Origin: an uncultured Candidatus Poseidoniales archaeon | GTDB taxonomy: Archaea; Thermoplasmatota; Poseidoniia; Poseidoniales; Thalassarchaeaceae | Assembly: GCA_905182515.1 (NCBI GenBank) | Contig: CAJJBW010000006.1 | Span: 79,553-143,552, forward strand | Direction: 5' to 3' | DNA length: 64,000 nucleotides | Part shown: piece after piece, positions 58,726 through 64,000 of the stretch | Numbering within the stretch: position 1 is the first letter of the stretch | How the letters are laid out: each line of letters starts with the position of its first letter | The notes under the pieces: generated by a model | Database searches by the model: none | Told to the model about the DNA's origin: nothing | Seen by the model: the letters and a program-made list of their open reading frames with translations, nothing else | Position numbers and translations under genes: made by a program

Positions 58726-60444
58726 ATGACTGAAGAGCAGCGATTAGAAAGATTAACTTCTATATTGAAAAGAAGAGGGGTCATTTTACCTTCATTCGAA
58801 ATATATGGAGGCATGTCTGGATTAATCGATTATGGCCCAGTGGGTGCCAGAATAAAACGTAAGATCATAGATAGTTGGATTAATCATTGGATGGAGCAAG
58901 GAGATATTGTAGAAATAGATTCCCCTACTATAACTCCGGAGTCCGTGCTCATCGCGAGTGGCCATGTGGGTGAATTTAATGATTTAATGATCGAATGCCT
59001 AAATTGCAATAGTGTATTTAGGGCTGATCACTTGATAGAGGGCGTACATGAAAATCCAGAATCAGTTAACTCAAATGAAATGGATGACATATATAGCAAA
59101 AATAGAATTAAATGCCCCAATTGCCAAGAAATAGGATGGAATAAATCAAAGCCGATGAATTTAATGTTTAAAACCGAAATTGGAGCCATGAAAAGTCAGA
59201 GAATCGCTTACATGAGGCCGGAAACTGCGCAAGGTATGTTCATGCTTTTCCCCTCTTTGTATAGGCATTTTAGGCAAAAATTACCATTTGGGGCCATTCA
59301 AACTGGAAAGGGCTATAGAAATGAAATCAGCCCACGTCAAGGAATGATCAGACTTAGAGAATTTAATATGGCAGAATTAGAGTATTTCATAGATCCTGAA
59401 AACCCCCCTCTAGAAGATCTGTCTAAAAGCTCTGATCAAATTAACTTTATTCCTGACCCAGAAAGTGGTTTTCAAAATATATCTAATATGACTTTTCATA
59501 ATGCATTAGAAAACGGCATGATAAAACATCCCACTGTAGCATCAGTACTTTTGAAAACATGGCTTTTCTTAATAAAAATAGGAATCAAAGGAGATAAGAT
59601 TAGATTCAGGCAACATACAACAGATGAAATGGCCCATTATGCATCAGATTGTTGGGATTGTGAAATAAATGGAGAATATGGCTGGATAGAATGTGTAGGA
59701 ATTGCTAACAGAACTTGTCATGATTTAGAATTGCATCAAATACATTCTGGTTCAAATTCTTTAAAAGCATGGCGTGATTTTGACGAACCTCAAATAGAGA
59801 GAAAAAAAATAATTTCACCTATAACTTCCATCATAGGGCCACAATTTAAGGGAGAAGCAAAATTTGTAATTGAGGCTTTGAAGGAATTAGATTTTAAAAA
59901 TATAAATTTTCCATTGTTAGTCGAAACATCAAACGGCAATAAAGTCGAAGTGACTAATGATATGTTTGAGATAAAAGATATTGAAACTACAATATCAGGC
60001 GAATGGTTCTTCCCTCACGTAATTGAACCAGCGTTTGGAATTGATAGGATCATTTGGCATTTGCTTGATCACTCATACAAAGAAATTAAAAAGGAAGGTG
60101 AAGATTATTCCGTACTAACACTAAATGACTTAGTTTGTCCCATAGATGCAGTTATTTTACCATTATTTGATAAAGATGGGATGGGTAAAATTGCTAATGA
60201 AATAACAAAGAAAGCAAATTTATTATCCGGAATTAGAGTAGAAATCGATACCAGTAAATCGATAGGAAGGAGATACGCTAGAGCAGATGAAATTGGAATC
60301 CCTTGGTCAGTAACAGTAGATCATACCACATTAGAAGATAATAGTTTAACCATAAGGAGACGTGATGATCAAATACAAATAAGAGTAACTATTGAAGACT
60401 TTTTAATAAATTTAAGTAACAAAACCATACATAATTTATTCTAA
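58726..60444 (+). CDS. glyS: Glycine--tRNA ligase (alpha2 type)
   Basis: DYGPVG, ASGHV..F.D, RPETAQG, RNEISPRQG..RLREF.MAE.E, MAHYA.DCWD, HVIEPAFGIDR, SIGRRYARADEIG. Confidence 0.97.
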   Translation: MTEEQRLERLTSILKRRGVILPSFEIYGGMSGLIDYGPVGARIKRKIIDSWINHWMEQGDIVEIDSPTITPESVLIASGHVGEFNDLMIECLNCNSVFRADHLIEGVHENPESVNSNEMDDIYSKNRIKCPNCQEIGWNKSKPMNLMFKTEIGAMKSQRIAYMRPETAQGMFMLFPSLYRHFRQKLPFGAIQTGKGYRNEISPRQGMIRLREFNMAELEYFIDPENPPLEDLSKSSDQINFIPDPESGFQNISNMTFHNALENGMIKHPTVASVLLKTWLFLIKIGIKGDKIRFRQHTTDEMAHYASDCWDCEINGEYGWIECVGIANRTCHDLELHQIHSGSNSLKAWRDFDEPQIERKKIISPITSIIGPQFKGEAKFVIEALKELDFKNINFPLLVETSNGNKVEVTNDMFEIKDIETTISGEWFFPHVIEPAFGIDRIIWHLLDHSYKEIKKEGEDYSVLTLNDLVCPIDAVILPLFDKDGMGKIANEITKKANLLSGIRVEIDTSKSIGRRYARADEIGIPWSVTVDHTTLEDNSLTIRRRDDQIQIRVTIEDFLINLSNKTIHNLF

Positions 60445-60484
60445 TCATACTAATCTTGATGAGTCTTCGGTTAAAGGGCATGTC

Positions 60485-61984
60485 ATGAGTGAGGGCGGCG
60501 ATGTAGAAGATTGGTCGGAAAAATACCGTCCAACTGACATTTCAAGTATGGAAGGAAATGAAGTTCAATTAAAGAAAATTCAATTATGGCTAGATAAATG
60601 GAGTGAAAATAAAATGCCTAAAAAAAGAGGAATATTACTATCGGGGCCACCCGGAGTTGGTAAAACCACTTTAGCAAAAGCAGCTGCTAATGAAAAAGGA
60701 TGGAGTATTATTGAATTGAATGCTTCTGCAGAAAGAAACGCAGCTGCAATTAGAAGTACAGCAACACGAAGTTCCCAACATATATCTTTAGATAATTTTA
60801 AGAATAGCGAAATATCATCTGGAAAAACTCTAATTTTATTAGATGAGGTCGACCATCTTAGCGGAGGCTTTGGAAAGATTGATGATAAGAAAATAAATAA
60901 AAGCCTAACTTTAGAAGATGATGCTAGTAAATTAAAAGGAGATAGAGGAGGGAAGGCAGAATTGCTGAATTTACTGTTAATAAGTCAACAACCAATAATA
61001 ATGACCTGTAATGAGCCTATGCGGCTGTGGGGCAGTAGTAACTGGAGGTCCAATAGAGATAGGATTTTAAGATTAGCAGAACAGATACCATTTAAGAGAA
61101 TAGATAAACCAAATTTGAGAAAAGTTGCACATAGAGTTATGGAAGGCGAAGGAATAAGTATTGACCCAGGTGCATTAGAATTACTAATAGAAAATAACAA
61201 AGGGGATTTGAGGTCTTTAATACATGACTTACAAGCGATTTCAGTCATTAGCAATGGCCATATAAATATGAAAAATGTAAGAGATTTATCTGATATTGCA
61301 GAAAGAGATGTACAAATAGATATTTTCAAATCTTTAGAGTCGGTATATAGGAGTAAAGATAGTAAAAGAGCCACTGAAATTATGATTAATTCAGACAAGG
61401 ATCCTGATGAAATGTTAGCATGGTTCGCATGGAATAATCAGATAGTGTTTGGAAAAGATGAGTTAGCGGGCGTTAGTGATGCGATGTGTCTTGCTGATCG
61501 TGCTTTAGCGACTAAATACACAAACAGAGCTTACAGATCTTGGTACTGGGGCTCAAATATTCCTGCTCAAGCTGCAATAATACCATTGTCAAAAAACCCC
61601 AATTCTAGAATATATCTTGGGTATCCAAATTTTTTGAGAAGAGGCAGTGGTGAATGGGCTGATAGTACATTAATCGAAAGAATGGCTTATGATTTAAATT
61701 CAAGTAAGGCATCAATAAGAGAAGACTTATGGCCAACTTTAGTGGCAATACATGATGACCTATTGGGAAGTAATATTAACGACACAACTGTATCAAAAAG
61801 ATTGGGTTTAACAGGAGAAGATCATTTGGCTCTACACGGATATAAAAAAAACCATAAGGATTCAGACAGAATATTAAAAATGTTCGAAGATGAAAAAATA
61901 ATAGATTTGCCAATAGAAGAAATAGAAGAAGAAATTTCAGAGGAAATTAAAAAACAACAATTTACGCTTGATTCTTTTAGTTAA
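60485..61984 (+). CDS. rfcL: Replication factor C large subunit
   Basis: W.EKYRP, GPPGVGKTT, ELNAS..R, LDEVD, GDLR; C-terminal PIP box QQFTLDSF. Confidence 0.93.
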   Translation: MSEGGDVEDWSEKYRPTDISSMEGNEVQLKKIQLWLDKWSENKMPKKRGILLSGPPGVGKTTLAKAAANEKGWSIIELNASAERNAAAIRSTATRSSQHISLDNFKNSEISSGKTLILLDEVDHLSGGFGKIDDKKINKSLTLEDDASKLKGDRGGKAELLNLLLISQQPIIMTCNEPMRLWGSSNWRSNRDRILRLAEQIPFKRIDKPNLRKVAHRVMEGEGISIDPGALELLIENNKGDLRSLIHDLQAISVISNGHINMKNVRDLSDIAERDVQIDIFKSLESVYRSKDSKRATEIMINSDKDPDEMLAWFAWNNQIVFGKDELAGVSDAMCLADRALATKYTNRAYRSWYWGSNIPAQAAIIPLSKNPNSRIYLGYPNFLRRGSGEWADSTLIERMAYDLNSSKASIREDLWPTLVAIHDDLLGSNINDTTVSKRLGLTGEDHLALHGYKKNHKDSDRILKMFEDEKIIDLPIEEIEEEISEEIKKQQFTLDSFS

Positions 61985-63567
61985 TCTTTGGTCCAAGTTC
62001 TGGGGTGAAGTAGCACCAACACCGTAAGTAATTCCAATCTCCCTAGCCACATTAATAATGATGTTATCATAAGAGAGGGAGCCCCCATACTTGCCCAAGT
62101 TTGAGTAGGCCCATAAGACCCTAATGCTGGACCAGTATTCCCTAATGAGGAAATTACTACAGATAATACCGTCTCCATATCCATGTTTACTTCTAACATA
62201 GATATTACTAATATTGACGCCATAGCAAGAACCATCCATGAGCTTAGCATCCCCAAAACAACCCATATCCTACTATCATCAATTGTTTCTTCATTTAATC
62301 TAATGGCAATAATTTTTTTGGGTTGGATGATTTTCTGGATTTCTCTTCGGACCAACTCAAATGCGACTCTTATTCTCATTACTTTTACTCCTCCTCCCGT
62401 AGACCCTGCGGATGCCCCCACTATCATCAATAATAATAAAACAAATAAGGAGAATACTGGCCATTGAGCAAAATCTGAACTAGCGAATCCCGTACTAGTA
62501 CCTATTGATGCTGCCTGAAACATAGAATGTCTGAAGGCTTCATAAGAATTATCTGGTTCATGAATCCCTACCATCATTAAATTAATTGCCATACCAATCC
62601 ATGCAAGAATAAAGATAAACAAATATGTACGTAATTCTTCATCCCTAATTACATCTGAATATTCTCCTATTATTAACATATGATATAAGCTAAAATTTAT
62701 TCCTGCTAAAATCATAAATATAGTCAATATAAACTCAATACGAATTGAATCAAATGACATTACTCCCATGTCAGAAGTTCCAAATCCACCAGTTGGTAAA
62801 GTAGTTAAAGCATAATTTATTGAATCAAATATATTCATATTACCTATTGAAAACAGTAATATCATTTCCGCTAATGTCAATATTATATATATTGTCCAAA
62901 GTCTTTGAGCCGTCGATTGTAATGTTGGGCGTAATCGAGATAATGTTGGTCCTGTCAGCTCTGCCCTCGCAAATGACATCCCTCCTCCTAATACTCGTGA
63001 AAGTATCAATAAACCGAGCATTATTACACCCATTCCGCCGAACCATTGAGTCATGGAGCGCCATAAAAGTAGACTACGTGGTTGGCTTGCAATACAATCT
63101 ATTTGACCAATTTGAATAGAAATTAAATCTTGACAGATAGGGCTAGTCAAAGGATCTATTACCGTAGCACCCGTAGTAGTAAATCCGGACATTGATTCAA
63201 ACCATGAAAATAATATCCCTTCAAGTACTTCAACCAGAGTTGCATCACCTACCATTAATTCATAAGGGCCATTAAACGTTCCACCAAACCAATAAGGTAA
63301 GGCACCAATTAGTACCACAGGTATCCAACCTAATGCAACAGAAGCAAATGCCTCACGATCTCTGACCCTAGTTGAAGTTTCATAGTCATTAGATAGTGAT
63401 AATAAAATTTGGCCTAAAATAGCTGCTAATAAAATAGGGATTAAATATGTCTTAATGGCATATTCATATCCATCATCATATGCACTAAATGCACAGACTA
63501 TAATCAAAGGTAAAGCAACTAAGCGAATTGTCCATCCAAGAACTAGGCCTACTACATCCCAACGCAT
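61981..63567 (-). CDS. trkH: Trk potassium uptake membrane subunit
   Basis: FESMSGFTTTGAT, QWFGGMG, TGGFG, TSTGF, GASAGSTGGG.K..R, LGNTGP, GRLE. Confidence 0.95.
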   Translation of the reverse strand: MRWDVVGLVLGWTIRLVALPLIIVCAFSAYDDGYEYAIKTYLIPILLAAILGQILLSLSNDYETSTRVRDREAFASVALGWIPVVLIGALPYWFGGTFNGPYELMVGDATLVEVLEGILFSWFESMSGFTTTGATVIDPLTSPICQDLISIQIGQIDCIASQPRSLLLWRSMTQWFGGMGVIMLGLLILSRVLGGGMSFARAELTGPTLSRLRPTLQSTAQRLWTIYIILTLAEMILLFSIGNMNIFDSINYALTTLPTGGFGTSDMGVMSFDSIRIEFILTIFMILAGINFSLYHMLIIGEYSDVIRDEELRTYLFIFILAWIGMAINLMMVGIHEPDNSYEAFRHSMFQAASIGTSTGFASSDFAQWPVFSLFVLLLLMIVGASAGSTGGGVKVMRIRVAFELVRREIQKIIQPKKIIAIRLNEETIDDSRIWVVLGMLSSWMVLAMASILVISMLEVNMDMETVLSVVISSLGNTGPALGSYGPTQTWASMGAPSLMITSLLMWLGRLELLTVLVLLHPRTWTKD

Positions 63568-63568
63568 A

Positions 63569-64000
63569 TTAATTCCCTAGCGCTTTCTCAACTTTCCTTA
63601 AATTATCTTTTTGAGTAAGTAAGTAGATTCTGTCTCCCTTTTCTATATTATTTATTGAAATTGGGTATCTAACTTCCCGATTTCCTTCTGTATCTGTCCT
63701 GTCTACCATGACTACTCTAACATCTATTTTTCTCTCAGCCTCAGATATGGAAGAATTAAGAAAAACGTGATCATCATGGATTTTAGTTGATAGGGAGACT
63801 ATAGAAGGAAGAGAGGGTATGTTTTGGTATGAACCTGGATAATTTTTATGAATTGACTTCAAGATAGCTGATATTGCAACTTGCCTAGAGCTAATTGGCC
63901 TTGTTAATCCTATTCTTTTTACTGCTTCGACCAATGCTCTATCCTTGAGAAGTAAACCAGTTCTAGGGACTCCTTTGTCTTTGGCCCTCATTGAAATAGA
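63569..64000 (-). CDS. trkA: Trk potassium uptake regulatory subunit, C-terminal part
   Basis: RCK_N end (..IG....IS.R) and RCK_C-like tail (IEKGDRIYLL); immediately upstream of trkH; truncated by the window edge. Confidence 0.65.
   Translation of the reverse strand, partial: SISMRAKDKGVPRTGLLLKDRALVEAVKRIGLTRPISSRQVAISAILKSIHKNYPGSYQNIPSLPSIVSLSTKIHDDHVFLNSSISEAERKIDVRVVMVDRTDTEGNREVRYPISINNIEKGDRIYLLTQKDNLRKVEKALGN

Noticed and set aside
14383-63119. Numerous 60-165 aa antisense or overlapping ORFs in the track (e.g. 14383-14817, 18859-19284, 25951-26448, 60985-61398)
   Set aside because: They lie opposite well-supported genes and have Ser/Ile/Phe-rich shadow-ORF composition.
1-64000. tRNA, rRNA, CRISPR array, transposase or integrase
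   Set aside because: No T-loop/cloverleaf, regularly spaced repeats or recombinase motifs seen by eye; a tRNAscan/Infernal run would be needed to exclude small RNAs.

Overview
AT-rich archaeal chromosome segment, most consistent with Marine Group II Thermoplasmatota (Ca. Poseidoniales). This taxon is inferred from archaeal information-processing genes mixed with bacterial-type metabolic genes and lipoprotein peptidases. Bases 1-16 kb are an accessory region: secreted peptidases, nitrilase, a TPR protein, GNAT, methyltransferase, a bacterial-type DEAD-box helicase, aquaporin and several decayed gene remnants. Bases 17-64 kb are core genome: priS, futalosine menaquinone genes (mqnD, mqnA, mqnE), split transketolase, proS, coaBC, thiolase, kptA, isopentenyl phosphate kinase, an IDI1-GGPP synthase fusion, rps12-rps7-EF2, UbiD, the exosome/proteasome superoperon, dph6, purB, tiaS, gmhA/gmhB, archaeosortase, a 1764-aa Lhr, glyS, rfcL and trkH/trkA. 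I saw no tRNA, rRNA, CRISPR array or transposase. The most striking observation is a 159-aa ORF (22108-22587) directly behind mqnD. It looks like exactly one half of eukaryotic deoxyhypusine hydroxylase (DOHH), with both His-Glu motifs and the DOHH-specific SVDPAPP linker, making it a candidate homodimeric archaeal hypusine-forming enzyme. All family assignments come from motif recognition and recalled sequences, not from database searches.
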